From the IMG/VR virus record IMGVR_UViG_3300023179_000054, positions 28,408 through 92,407 of that record: a stretch of DNA of 64,000 bases; one strand, 5' to 3'. The position numbers and the translations under genes were made by a program. Below, piece by piece: positions 1-8,954 of the stretch (positions are counted from its first letter, which is position 1; every line of letters begins with the position of its first letter). The stretch is from a virus. The notes under the pieces are model-generated. The model worked only from the letters and a program-made list of their open reading frames with translations. It was not told where the DNA came from and did no database searches.

Positions 1-262
1 ACATATCGGCCTCATGGATGGAATAAACCATCGAGCATCAGCAACATCTAATGCCGCATATAGGAAGAGAAACACAATACCAAAGGTAAAAGGTTTCTCC
101 TCGTGCCACTTTTTCATTTAAACATATCCGCGAGTGCTTCAAACGCGCCGTTGTGCCTTAAAATCTTTAAAGACCAATTCATCGGCACATATCCGCAGAA
201 TAGTAAAAACATAGCAAGTCTAATTAATTTTTGAATGTGAGGATCTACCATAGTTTTTTTAT

Positions 263-550
263 TTAGGCTTTGTGTATAAACTGCTTTTTCTGTTCAACAG
301 TCCACTCTTTGAGATAGTCGTTCTCCTTATCAAACATTTTTAGGTATTCTTCTTCGGTAATCTCACGATGAGAGAATGTATCCTCTGCGATATGATGTTG
401 TGCGAACTCTTGCAATCCATTTTCTATACCACCAGTAGCATGACAAACTATATCATCAAGGGCATACTCAATAGGATCTTCATCTCTTAACTCTATGGCA
501 TACATATGACGAAAAGTGGATACGGTTTCTACTAATACAATCTTAGGCAT
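263..550 (-). CDS. hypothetical phage protein
   Basis: 95-aa ORF packed directly after the phosphoesterase, same strand as all neighbours. Confidence 0.7.
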   Translation of the reverse strand: MPKIVLVETVSTFRHMYAIELRDEDPIEYALDDIVCHATGGIENGLQEFAQHHIAEDTFSHREITEEEYLKMFDKENDYLKEWTVEQKKQFIHKA

Positions 551-551
551 T

Positions 552-1331
552 TTATATCTCCGCTATTAGAACAGGATCAACCAAACTTCTTTCATTAGGA
601 TATCCAAACGGATTACACACAACTCTTGTATTGAATATCTTGTAATCAAAAGCATTATGTGTATGCCCATGTATCCATAGTTTTACATTATCGGTCATCA
701 TATGCTCCAGATCAGAAGCATATAGTGTATTCAGTTCTTTATCATTCGCATACTTTTCATGAATACTTTGCCATGAGGGAGCATGATGTGTTACGACTAC
801 ACAAGGTTCAGTTATCTCCTTTTCTAGGTACATTCTAGAAAGGACGTGTTCAATATAAGCGTCCTCCGGAGTAAACTTACGATAGTTGTCTTTAGCATCA
901 CAATACTTGATGACATTAAAATCATTCATGGCAAACCTTAGTTTGTTGATCGTCAATGGATTTTCAATATCAACCTCTGTCCAAAGCGAACAACCAACAA
1001 ACTTTACACCATCAATAACGATACTTTCTTTATCAAGAAAATGTAGGTTCTTATATTCCGACAATCCTTCACGAAGAATAGAGGCAGTCTTGTTGAATGT
1101 ACCTTTATAGTGTTCATGGTTGCCCATAATATAGATTACATTCTTGAAGTTGGTACAGACCTCATCAAAGAACCTGTAATATCCAACATTGTTTATATTA
1201 CGTTCTTTATTTTTGAATGCCTTAGCAATACAAATATCACCAGCCAACACCAGCACATCTGCACCAGCATTAGGAATATGGACGTCATGACCAAACTCAA
1301 GATGAAGGTCTGATGCGATCTGTATCTTCAT
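552..1331 (-). CDS. calcineurin-like metallophosphoesterase
   Basis: SDLHLE, LAGDI, MGNHE, THH and HGHTH motifs in order; likely start MKIQ at 1331. Confidence 0.9.
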   Translation of the reverse strand: MKIQIASDLHLEFGHDVHIPNAGADVLVLAGDICIAKAFKNKERNINNVGYYRFFDEVCTNFKNVIYIMGNHEHYKGTFNKTASILREGLSEYKNLHFLDKESIVIDGVKFVGCSLWTEVDIENPLTINKLRFAMNDFNVIKYCDAKDNYRKFTPEDAYIEHVLSRMYLEKEITEPCVVVTHHAPSWQSIHEKYANDKELNTLYASDLEHMMTDNVKLWIHGHTHNAFDYKIFNTRVVCNPFGYPNERSLVDPVLIAEI

Positions 1332-1698
1332 AATATTCCTCAATTAGTTTCTTACAGCGTTTCTTCCAGTCGTTTCGCTGCCATGATGCTTTGTCGTGCG
1401 ATAGTTCATGGTAATCGTTGGCGATAAACTCCACGAGTTTTTTAAACTTTTCTAACTCTGCGATGCGCTCATACGGGTCTTGCTTAAACAACTCATCAGC
1501 AGCAACGACAGCACGACCATTTTCCGACTGCCAACATCCCTCCTCTGCCATAATGCCTATAGTGCGTTGGCCGATACACAGCGGCACTTCCAACTCCGCA
1601 ATCCGTTTTGCTTGAGCCTCAATAGCGTCGGCTGCTTCTATCATAGTATGACTTTGACTAGATCGTAAAAGATCAATCAACTCTTTGTGATCAGTCAT
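1297..1698 (-). CDS. mosaic small hypothetical protein (EAADAIEAQAKRIAELE module)
   Basis: likely start MTDH at 1698; shares modules with neighbouring ORFs. Confidence 0.65.
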   Translation of the reverse strand: MTDHKELIDLLRSSQSHTMIEAADAIEAQAKRIAELEVPLCIGQRTIGIMAEEGCWQSENGRAVVAADELFKQDPYERIAELEKFKKLVEFIANDYHELSHDKASWQRNDWKKRCKKLIEEYYEDTDRIRPSS

Positions 1699-1894
1699 TC
1701 TCTTTACCCTTTGGATCATACACACTTTTATACCAGTTTGTGTAATCTGGTTTGGTCATATAGTCTCGTAACACTATCTCAATAGCCGCACAGACACCAT
1801 CCTCTTCTGGGTTGTTTAGCATAATCTCATAATATCCTTGTAAGTCCTGAACAACTATTCCAGATAGCATAGCATCATCTAGTTCTATTTTCAT
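1691..1894 (-). CDS. hypothetical protein
   Basis: 67-aa ORF with an AGGAG-type RBS supplied by the upstream repeat. Confidence 0.65.
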   Translation of the reverse strand: MKIELDDAMLSGIVVQDLQGYYEIMLNNPEEDGVCAAIEIVLRDYMTKPDYTNWYKSVYDPKGKEND

Positions 1895-1924
1895 TTTTTC
1901 TCTCCTAATACCTTACGGGCGGTG

Positions 1925-2032
1925 TTAGCAGCCCCAAATGATAAATCGTATGGCGGCTAACCATATTGTGAAATAGAAAATTGTCGGGACTATCCCAAGA
2001 TAAAACAAAGTTTCAACTAGCCAGTTAAGCAT
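1925..2032 (-). CDS. small hydrophobic peptide, about 35 aa (below the ORF-track cutoff)
   Basis: manual translation MLNWLVETLFYLGIVPTIFYFTIWLAAIRFIIWGC*; fills the gap between packed ORFs. Confidence 0.5.
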   Translation of the reverse strand: MLNWLVETLFYLGIVPTIFYFTIWLAAIRFIIWGC

Positions 2033-2306
2033 AAACATCTTTTTTCTCCAATACTTTACGGACGGAACATATAACACTGGCAATTTGTGGACTTACATAC
2101 AGCGTATTTATTGCCATTAACGGCTTTAGTGCCGCTTCTAACTCTGCGATGCGGGAGCATAGATGTAAGTTTTCTTTACCCAACTTGTCTGCTTTTATTG
2201 CTGTTTCTGCGGCAAATCTTGAAAGCCATGCAGGGTTAGACATGGCAATGGATATGGAGGATTTACTCGTAATGTCGTCAAGAAACTTTTCAATCTCATC
2301 AGTCAT
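2025..2306 (-). CDS. mosaic small hypothetical protein
   Basis: MTD start, RIAELEAALKP and RKVLEKK modules. Confidence 0.65.
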   Translation of the reverse strand: MTDEIEKFLDDITSKSSISIAMSNPAWLSRFAAETAIKADKLGKENLHLCSRIAELEAALKPLMAINTLYVSPQIASVICSVRKVLEKKDVYA

Positions 2307-2671
2307 TTCTTCTCTCCTAATACTTTACGGGCTTGATTAAAATACATTAGCTCAAACATAACAACATCATCTTCTTCTGCTCTCGGCTTACAATAAGCAT
2401 ATCTTTCTGCCACCTCAGCAAGCGGATTTAACGCTGCTTCTAGCTCTGCGATGCGGGCGTCAAGTCGTCCGGCTTCTTTGATGTATTCATCAACGAATTG
2501 GGCTGTCACTTCCAACTCCGCAATCCGCTTTGCTTGCGCCTTAATAGCATCAGCGGCTTCAAGCGCATCGTTTGGATCAACCGTGGGTGCACATTCCGCA
2601 CACTCCAGTGTATCTCGGGCGGCAATACCATCACGGCGCAATCGTTCCACAAGGTCTGTATATTCTTTCAT
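2303..2671 (-). CDS. mosaic small hypothetical protein
   Basis: TDLVERLR, EAADAIKAQAKRIAELE, RIAELEAAL and ARKVLGEKK modules; likely start 2671. Confidence 0.65.
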   Translation of the reverse strand: MKEYTDLVERLRRDGIAARDTLECAECAPTVDPNDALEAADAIKAQAKRIAELEVTAQFVDEYIKEAGRLDARIAELEAALNPLAEVAERYAYCKPRAEEDDVVMFELMYFNQARKVLGEKK

Positions 2672-2928
2672 TTCTTTTCCCTCAAGTTCATCTTCTCTAC
2701 TATCCACTCTTGGAATTGGTCATTAGTAGAATAGTAGTTTATCAAAAGGTCAATAGCATTTAGCAGTTCATCATCCGGAGGAATCGTCTCATCCGAGCAA
2801 TCATACTTATCAGGCATACAGTTGAGACGATAGGCGTCTTTTAGTGACTCCAATGTGATTTCATCTTTTTGGTCGGTGTTTAGTTCAATATTCAGATCAA
2901 CGGTCACTTTCATCTTATTCATCCTCAT
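2668..2928 (-). CDS. hypothetical protein
   Basis: 86-aa ORF overlapping both neighbours. Confidence 0.6.
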   Translation of the reverse strand: MRMNKMKVTVDLNIELNTDQKDEITLESLKDAYRLNCMPDKYDCSDETIPPDDELLNAIDLLINYYSTNDQFQEWIVEKMNLREKK

Positions 2929-3193
2929 CTTGGAATGGTATTGGTCTTAGAGTGTCCTGTGCCTTCATTAGTATCTCAGAAAGGGCCATACGGTATTTAA
3001 AACCATCATCCTCTAACTTAGCAATATGGTCGTTATTTTCTCTTATCGTTTTGAGTGCTTCACGCATACGGCCTTTCCAAAAATCTATTTCTGCTGCTTG
3101 TGTCTCAATAGTGTCGGCGGCTTCTCCAAGCATTTTCATTCCGCTTGTAGTATGTCCAAGGCGCAGTCGTTCAAGCAATGGTATGTCAGTCAT
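2915..3193 (-). CDS. mosaic small hypothetical protein
   Basis: MTD start, LLERLR and EAADTIETQA modules. Confidence 0.65.
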   Translation of the reverse strand: MTDIPLLERLRLGHTTSGMKMLGEAADTIETQAAEIDFWKGRMREALKTIRENNDHIAKLEDDGFKYRMALSEILMKAQDTLRPIPFQDEDE

Positions 3194-3447
3194 TCCTTGT
3201 CTCCCAATACCTTACGGGCGGCGCGTATGTCATCGCAGTTCAACGCCCACTCATAAATAACGCCATGGTCATCCTCTTGAAGAACAGGAGTTACATTTGC
3301 AAACGGTTTCAGCGCCGCCTCTAGTTCAGCGATGCGGTTACGGCAATCAATCAGCAATTCCCGCACAGCTTCATGGTTAGCCAGTTCTGGATTGAACAGG
3401 CCGCCGCTGGAGAGATAACCCGATATGCGTTCTAGTTCGTCAGTCAT
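3190..3447 (-). CDS. mosaic small hypothetical protein
   Basis: MTDE start at 3447, RIAELEAALKPFA and ARKVLGDKE modules. Confidence 0.65.
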   Translation of the reverse strand: MTDELERISGYLSSGGLFNPELANHEAVRELLIDCRNRIAELEAALKPFANVTPVLQEDDHGVIYEWALNCDDIRAARKVLGDKE

Positions 3448-3722
3448 TTCTTTTCCCACCATGTTATCTTTGGATTATGAAACTCGTATGCCTGAACCAA
3501 CTGCTCTGTCGTCCATATTTCAGGAGTAGTGAAGTTTCCTTCAAGCCATCTTGTAAATCTAATCCAATCTTTGTTTTTCATCATACCCAGATTCAATTCG
3601 GTATATTCTGGAACATCATCACCATATACATCAATACGACCAGCACACCAGTCTTTACCATTTTCTTTGATCCATTCAGAATTGACTGGACCCATCCAGT
3701 TTGTGCTATAATGAACTTTCAT
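3444..3722 (-). CDS. hypothetical protein (Trp-rich)
   Basis: 92-aa ORF, ATGA-coupled to the next gene. Confidence 0.65.
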   Translation of the reverse strand: MKVHYSTNWMGPVNSEWIKENGKDWCAGRIDVYGDDVPEYTELNLGMMKNKDWIRFTRWLEGNFTTPEIWTTEQLVQAYEFHNPKITWWEKK

Positions 3723-3733
3723 CGTGCCACCTT

Positions 3734-4126
3734 TTACTTTTTCTTACCAACATCTTCAAGATTTGTGCCGTCGGTAATATACTGATATGGACCCTTAGAA
3801 TAAAGAGGGGCAGTCCTGGCCGCTTTGGCCAAGATCGCTTCCTGGACATGCTGAGGTTCTTTGTGTAGATTGGCCATAACACCACGTTTGGCACAGGCAT
3901 ACTTAGTACCTTTAATACCTGTGGAAACATAATCTGACCGATCTACCTTTAGAACCTCAGCACATTCTTTTATACTATTAACCGCTTTACGCTTTTTAGG
4001 CAATTGTGATATATGAAGGCCAATGGACTTTAACCACGCCTCATGTTCTCTCGCAGACTTGGAAGGCTTGCGGGCCTTCCGTTTACGCAAGTTAGTTGTG
4101 GTATAATAAACAGGCAATAAAGGCAT
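3734..4126 (-). CDS. basic hypothetical phage protein
   Basis: likely start MPLL at 4126, abutting the upstream stop; C-terminal APLYSKGPYQY. Confidence 0.65.
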   Translation of the reverse strand: MPLLPVYYTTTNLRKRKARKPSKSAREHEAWLKSIGLHISQLPKKRKAVNSIKECAEVLKVDRSDYVSTGIKGTKYACAKRGVMANLHKEPQHVQEAILAKAARTAPLYSKGPYQYITDGTNLEDVGKKK

Positions 4127-4671
4127 TATTGTTCCTCTGTGTTTTCTTCCTGATATTCTTTCCAAAACTCATATTCACTTTCCAATTCCTCGGCAAGGTG
4201 CTCTGGTAAATGATCTCGCCATTCATCATCGGCAAAATCATAATCATAACATTCATCAACACCGTCGGAATACTCACCGATAAAACCCATACCTTCTTCA
4301 CGGTAATCGGCAGATATAGAAAAACCCAACTCTTCCATCTTTTTATAGAAAGCAACAGGTGGGTTCCATGCGGTATCAAAACCTAGGTCAAGTTCCTTAG
4401 GAGCATCAAGGTTGATAAACCCGTTTGAAACATCCCACTTGGTACCCCAGTTTTCGAGGCAGAAGCTATACCAATCAGTATAACCGTGTTTCTTTACGTT
4501 GTCAATTTGTTCCGGCGTATCACCACCAACATCGGCATTAATACACAAATCCTTAGGAATAGGAACAAACTCGTCAAATAAACGGCCATCCTCAAATGCC
4601 TTTTTGGCACGGGAAATCATGGCCGGATCTTTATGTGATAGGGAGAGATTATTAGAACACCAATTAGGCAT
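4126..4671 (-). CDS. DUF1281/YubB-like (Api92 ferredoxin-like fold) protein
   Basis: N-terminal MPNWC, WY...NWGTKWD and FDTAW.PP motifs. Confidence 0.75.
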   Translation of the reverse strand: MPNWCSNNLSLSHKDPAMISRAKKAFEDGRLFDEFVPIPKDLCINADVGGDTPEQIDNVKKHGYTDWYSFCLENWGTKWDVSNGFINLDAPKELDLGFDTAWNPPVAFYKKMEELGFSISADYREEGMGFIGEYSDGVDECYDYDFADDEWRDHLPEHLAEELESEYEFWKEYQEENTEEQ

Positions 4672-4696
4672 AGCACATTCCTTTCATTATGATTAC

Positions 4697-4742
4697 ATTA
4701 TAACACAAGGAATATGCGGTGTAAATGCGACATATTGTCGCA
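4697..4742 (-). promoter_or_regulatory. sigma70-type early promoter TTTACA-17-TATAAT with an adjacent inverted repeat TGCGACA-N3-TGTCGCA
   Basis: -10 at 4697-4702, -35 at 4720-4725, palindrome at 4726-4742. Confidence 0.75.
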
Positions 4743-4805
4743 CCTTGTTTACAATCAAATGATCTATAAATGGGTCAGGAGACGGTCATATGATCTGTTT
4801 ATAGA

Positions 4806-5033
4806 TCAATCCATATTTCCGAAGTCATTATTCAGGCGAGAAGCAGGAACGGAACCTCCACCACCGCTTGCGGATGATGAAGGACCGGAAGTAGGAAAGT
4901 TATGATGACTGGCATTAAAGGATGTAGAACCTTCACTCCAACCAGGATTTTGCCATGAATAGGCCGGTATATCATGTACCGGTTCTCCACTTAAAGAATG
5001 AAACTGTGCCAGTATAATCAAAGTCTTTATCAT
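4806..5033 (-). CDS. small hypothetical protein, possible signal peptide
   Basis: hydrophobic N-terminus, Ser/Gly-rich tail; ATGA-coupled to the glycosyltransferase. Confidence 0.5.
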   Translation of the reverse strand: MIKTLIILAQFHSLSGEPVHDIPAYSWQNPGWSEGSTSFNASHHNFPTSGPSSSASGGGGSVPASRLNNDFGNMD

Positions 5034-6022
5034 ACTAAATTATTCACAAATTGGTCAGTTGCGGATTCCCATGAAAATTGTTTTGCTCTTGCTACGGCAT
5101 CTTCTCTTTTTAGTTTAGATGCCTTTACAATTGCTTCTTCATAGTGATAACTATCGGTTAGAATACCAGATTTACCATCTTCAATAATATATCGGTTCAC
5201 CTCGTTGTCTAATCCAGCAACAGGTAATCCACATGCCATGGCCTCTAACACAACAAGTCCAAATGTGTCTGTTAGAGAAGGCCAAGCAAACACATCATAT
5301 GCTGGTAAAAGGTCGGCAATCTCTTGTTGTGTTTTACGACCGAGAAAATAAGCATCTGTGTATCTTGCTTTGTATTCATCTAATTGTGGGCCATCACCAA
5401 TAACATATTTACTGATGTTAGGATTGCTTATCTCAAGGTATTCAATTAGATTCTTTTCTGCTGATACCCTACCGACATAAATGGCACGGATAGTACCTGT
5501 GTTGGTCCAAGGTGATGGTTTGAATAGGTCTGTATCAACTCCACGGGACCATATCTTTACGTTCCGTATACCCATTTTAGAACAGTAATCAACCATGGCG
5601 GGGGTAGGTACCATAACACAATCGCTGTTTCTATGGAACCAACGAAAATACCTACCAGTAATTCTTGGTGGTATATAAGCGTGTTCATATAGGTATTCTG
5701 GATATCGAGTATGAAAGGATGTTGTGTAATGTCTTTTATATTTTTTACAATAATATCTTGCGGCAAGGCCTATACTTCCTTCTGTTGCTATGTGTATGTG
5801 TTCGGCATTCTTCACATATTCATCAGCAAGTCCCATAGGCATAATCGGCATATAAATGCCAGTTGATGGTTGTAATGGTACAGTTAGTTTGAAGAGGCCG
5901 GGGTGAACCACCTTGACCTCAAACCCTCGTTTCTCAAGGTGTTTAATAGTTGTCTTTAATGTCGTGACAACTCCGTTTATTTGGGGTTCCCACGCATCTG
6001 TAAAAATAGTAATGTTACTCAT
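5030..6022 (-). CDS. agt: GT4 glycosyltransferase, Agt-like (monoglycosyl/glucuronosyl-diacylglycerol synthase type)
   Basis: TDAWEPQINGVV, HIATEG, HTRYPEY, WSRGVD, VGRVS.EKN and PS.TDTFGLV.LEAMACG motifs; coupled to the plcP-like gene. Confidence 0.8.
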   Translation of the reverse strand: MSNITIFTDAWEPQINGVVTTLKTTIKHLEKRGFEVKVVHPGLFKLTVPLQPSTGIYMPIMPMGLADEYVKNAEHIHIATEGSIGLAARYYCKKYKRHYTTSFHTRYPEYLYEHAYIPPRITGRYFRWFHRNSDCVMVPTPAMVDYCSKMGIRNVKIWSRGVDTDLFKPSPWTNTGTIRAIYVGRVSAEKNLIEYLEISNPNISKYVIGDGPQLDEYKARYTDAYFLGRKTQQEIADLLPAYDVFAWPSLTDTFGLVVLEAMACGLPVAGLDNEVNRYIIEDGKSGILTDSYHYEEAIVKASKLKREDAVARAKQFSWESATDQFVNNLV

Positions 6023-6759
6023 CGTCTTATTATCTCAAACTTTCCATTATGGTGTTCAACAATAGCGGTACAGGATTCTACCCAGTCGCCGCAGTTTAAG
6101 TATTCAATATTATCAAAAGAACATATATTAGCATGATGAATATGGCCGCAAACCACCCCATCGACGCATCTCCTTCTGGCAGCATCAGCAACTACCTTTT
6201 CGTAATCACCGATAAAGTTTACCGCTTCTTTGACACTCGATTTTGCCCATGCTGAGAGGGAAAAACCACGAATGCCTAATATATGGTATATATTCTGCAA
6301 ATACCTATTAAGGTCTATCATCCTATCATACAACCATCCACCTATTAAGGCAAGCCATTTGGCGTTCATCGTAACAAGGTCAAACTGGTCTCCATGAATA
6401 ATAAGGTATTTCTTACCGTTTTCTCCATAGTGTATAGCATCATTCACCAGTTTTATACTACCCATTTCTATTCCATTATACTCTCTAAGGAATTCATCAT
6501 GATTACCTGTAACGTATATAACCGGAATATCTTTCTTAGATTGTTTTAGGAAGAATTGAATAACGTTATTGTGCGCCTGAGGCCAATAGACTTTCTTTCT
6601 CATCATCCATCCGTCTATGATATCTCCAATCAAGTAATATCTGTCGGCTTCGGTTTCTTTGAGGAACTCTAAGAGTTTTTCTGCGTTTGAATATTTGGTG
6701 CCAAGATGAACATCGGATATAAAGATACTTCTATACTTTTTCTTATCTTTACTTTTCAA
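6019..6759 (-). CDS. plcP: PlcP-like phospholipase C (LpxH-superfamily metallophosphoesterase)
   Basis: ISDVHLG, GDIIDGW, WPQ.H, GNHDE (not the GNRD of LpxH), HGDQFD, SAWAK..VK.AVNFI, CGHIH and GDWVESCTA; TTG start with AAGGAG RBS. Confidence 0.82.
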   Translation of the reverse strand: MKSKDKKKYRSIFISDVHLGTKYSNAEKLLEFLKETEADRYYLIGDIIDGWMMRKKVYWPQAHNNVIQFFLKQSKKDIPVIYVTGNHDEFLREYNGIEMGSIKLVNDAIHYGENGKKYLIIHGDQFDLVTMNAKWLALIGGWLYDRMIDLNRYLQNIYHILGIRGFSLSAWAKSSVKEAVNFIGDYEKVVADAARRRCVDGVVCGHIHHANICSFDNIEYLNCGDWVESCTAIVEHHNGKFEIIRR

Positions 6760-6786
6760 GGCCGCTCCTTTGGTTAGAAGGCCTAT

Positions 6787-6793
6787 TATTTAT
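6787..6793 (-). promoter_or_regulatory. T4-type late promoter ATAAATA ahead of plcP-agt
   Basis: same motif class as in front of gp13, 16, 18, 19, 21 and 22. Confidence 0.55.
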
Positions 6794-6814
6794 CGCACCG
6801 CAACATTAACCGTT

Positions 6815-7762
6815 TTATGACGATTTCATACTTTCCATAATATCGTCTAACGTGTATAGAGGTGTATAATCTAATAGTTCTTTTAATTTGGTATTATCAG
6901 CGACCAGATAAGGAACGTCTCCTTTCCTTTTGCCTGTATAAACTATAGTCATTTCACCATTATGAATGATTTGATTTGCCTTGTCAACCACTTCTTTTAC
7001 GGAGTATCCGTTAGATGAACCGATATTGACGGCAAAGTTTGCTTTCTCTTGTTTTTCGAGATAACGATAGGCATGTATATGGGCACGGCAAATATCTACC
7101 ACATGGACATAATCACGAACACAAGTTCCATCATCAGTTTGGTAATCATCACCATATATTGTTGCTGTTTTATTTTTAGCAAGTATAGGAATTAAATGTG
7201 TTTCTGGGTCATGTTCTTCATATAGATTTGCTTTTACATTACGACCACAGGCATTAAAGTATCTAAGTCTTGCCACATTTATATCATCAAGGCCTTCTAA
7301 TATGGTTTCACACATAGCCTTTGATTTACCATAAACTGATGTAGGATTTACTGGTTGAGTTTCAAGTATATTACCACCAAAGATATAATCTCTACTACAA
7401 TCACCATAAACTGCGGCTGTGGAAGAAAAGATAAAGTTCTTTACTCCGTATTTCTTTGCTGCGGAGATTGCTCCAAGTGTTGCCCCGATGTTGTTTCGGT
7501 AATATGAGAATGGGTTTCGTTCACCTTCTTCCACAGAAATGTATGCGGCAAAGTGGAATATGCAGTCGATACGCCCCTTTGTGGAATAAAAGGTATCGCT
7601 GACAAGATCAGCATGGATAAAATCATCATAAAGATGCCTAAGATGCGGTTTAACATCTTTATCTACTCCTATTATATGGCAGTCAGGATAAAATGTGCCA
7701 AGTTCATGACACATATGGCTGCCGATATAACCGTTACAACCTGTGACTACGAATGTTTTCAT
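6815..7762 (-). CDS. galE: UDP-glucose 4-epimerase
   Basis: TGCNGYIGSH, HFAA, FSSTAAVYG, YGKSK, LRYFN and DGTCVRDYVHV. Confidence 0.9.
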   Translation of the reverse strand: MKTFVVTGCNGYIGSHMCHELGTFYPDCHIIGVDKDVKPHLRHLYDDFIHADLVSDTFYSTKGRIDCIFHFAAYISVEEGERNPFSYYRNNIGATLGAISAAKKYGVKNFIFSSTAAVYGDCSRDYIFGGNILETQPVNPTSVYGKSKAMCETILEGLDDINVARLRYFNACGRNVKANLYEEHDPETHLIPILAKNKTATIYGDDYQTDDGTCVRDYVHVVDICRAHIHAYRYLEKQEKANFAVNIGSSNGYSVKEVVDKANQIIHNGEMTIVYTGKRKGDVPYLVADNTKLKELLDYTPLYTLDDIMESMKSS

Positions 7763-8397
7763 TATGAAACCTTATATTTAATATTACCAGAAACACTTAT
7801 TCTATATTCATCACTTGTATAAAATGGACATACAGAATGATTTAAAACACTAGGAAAAAACAAACCTTTACCTTCATAACTTTTATCGGTAAATATAGGA
7901 TAATTACGAATCATACCTAAAATATTGCTATAATGAAAAACAAAAGATGATGTTAAATTTTTTTTCTCATTCATTTCATTATATACTTTTTTTTCTTCTA
8001 TTACATCATATGGAATTTTTATCCATATAACAAATGAAAAAATTCCAGAATGGTCATGTAAAGGATTAAATTCATGTTTTTTTTGAAAGTTGACCCAGCA
8101 ATTTTGTAAAATAAGAGGAACACCAGATGTCAGTATATTGTCACAATATTCTAAGGAACCAAAATTATAAAAATATTTTTCAACTAAAGGATATATAATA
8201 TTTCCAATATGTTCTCGACATTCAATTAATTTATATTCTTTATCAATATGTCCAGCTAAACTTTTATTACATTTAATAGATTTATCAAAATTATTTTGTA
8301 TTCCATTAACTTCATTTTTTATTGGTAATAACTGTTCTTCATCTAATTCAAATTGTAAAAATCCTAAATTAGGAAATGTAAAAGGAGTTATATTCAT
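7762..8397 (-). CDS. putative 2OG-Fe(II) oxygenase (TIGR02466-like)
   Basis: WVN...FNPLHDH, FPS.L.H.V.P and RISVSGN motifs; very AT-rich. Confidence 0.75.
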   Translation of the reverse strand: MNITPFTFPNLGFLQFELDEEQLLPIKNEVNGIQNNFDKSIKCNKSLAGHIDKEYKLIECREHIGNIIYPLVEKYFYNFGSLEYCDNILTSGVPLILQNCWVNFQKKHEFNPLHDHSGIFSFVIWIKIPYDVIEEKKVYNEMNEKKNLTSSFVFHYSNILGMIRNYPIFTDKSYEGKGLFFPSVLNHSVCPFYTSDEYRISVSGNIKYKVS

Positions 8398-8945
8398 TTG
8401 GATGCCGTCATCAATAGAACCGCACCACGGGCAGGTTCAGGATTACGTAAATCAGGAACACGTTTGATATCTTTAAATCCTGCTTCACTCAAATGTTTGT
8501 GTAAGATTACCTCACAGAAACCATTAATATGTCCCATACCTGGTATTTTGTGTTCTTCTGGATGACGCCAACCACCGAACAAATAATCCATGGCATTATC
8601 CCAAGGGTTTTCATGCTGTCTTAACCAATCAACGTTGGCCTTTTCATTCCAATCCCTCTTCACAATACGTTCCATAATCCACAAAACATCAGGACAGGAA
8701 ATCTCAAAGATACCACCTGGTTTCAAAACACGATTGATTTCTTTTAATACCAAAGGAGCATCAAACTTGGTTAGGTGTTCAATAACATCACCAAGATAAA
8801 TCTTGTCAGCAAAGTTATCTTCAAATGGATATGGATAATGTGTGAGGTTGTGGACGTGTGTGACGCCGGCCCACTGGTGTAAATCCATTCTTATCGTAGC
8901 ATCGGCCTTTGGATGTGGGCCTGAACCAATATCAATAATTACCAT
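8394..8945 (-). CDS. class I SAM-dependent methyltransferase
   Basis: DIGSG motif I, VIEHL and RVLKPGG. Confidence 0.85.
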   Translation of the reverse strand: MVIIDIGSGPHPKADATIRMDLHQWAGVTHVHNLTHYPYPFEDNFADKIYLGDVIEHLTKFDAPLVLKEINRVLKPGGIFEISCPDVLWIMERIVKRDWNEKANVDWLRQHENPWDNAMDYLFGGWRHPEEHKIPGMGHINGFCEVILHKHLSEAGFKDIKRVPDLRNPEPARGAVLLMTASK

Positions 8946-8954
8946 GTTATATCC

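Larger units (their letters stand above)
1891..3220 (-). repeat. dispersed ~30-nt gene-junction repeat GCCCGTAA(G/A)GTATT(A/G)GGAGA...ATGA, 4 copies near 1891-1920, 2041-2063, 2303-2332 and 3190-3219
   Basis: read directly; encodes (A/V)RKVL(G)EKK; three copies contain the RBS and ATGA junction for the next gene, the 2041 copy is degenerate. Confidence 0.8.

Noticed and set aside
1891-3340. CRISPR array or integron attC cassettes
   Set aside because: Repeats are degenerate, mostly protein-coding, irregularly spaced and non-palindromic; no cas or integrase gene.
4126-4671. Ferredoxin redox partner for the P450
   Set aside because: Only a ferredoxin-like fold family; no Fe-S Cys motif, and it lies 50 kb away in an early module.
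6019-6759. Annotation as LpxH (UDP-2,3-diacylglucosamine hydrolase)
   Set aside because: It has GNHD rather than GNRD, PlcP-type C-terminal motifs and an Agt-like partner, so PlcP fits better.
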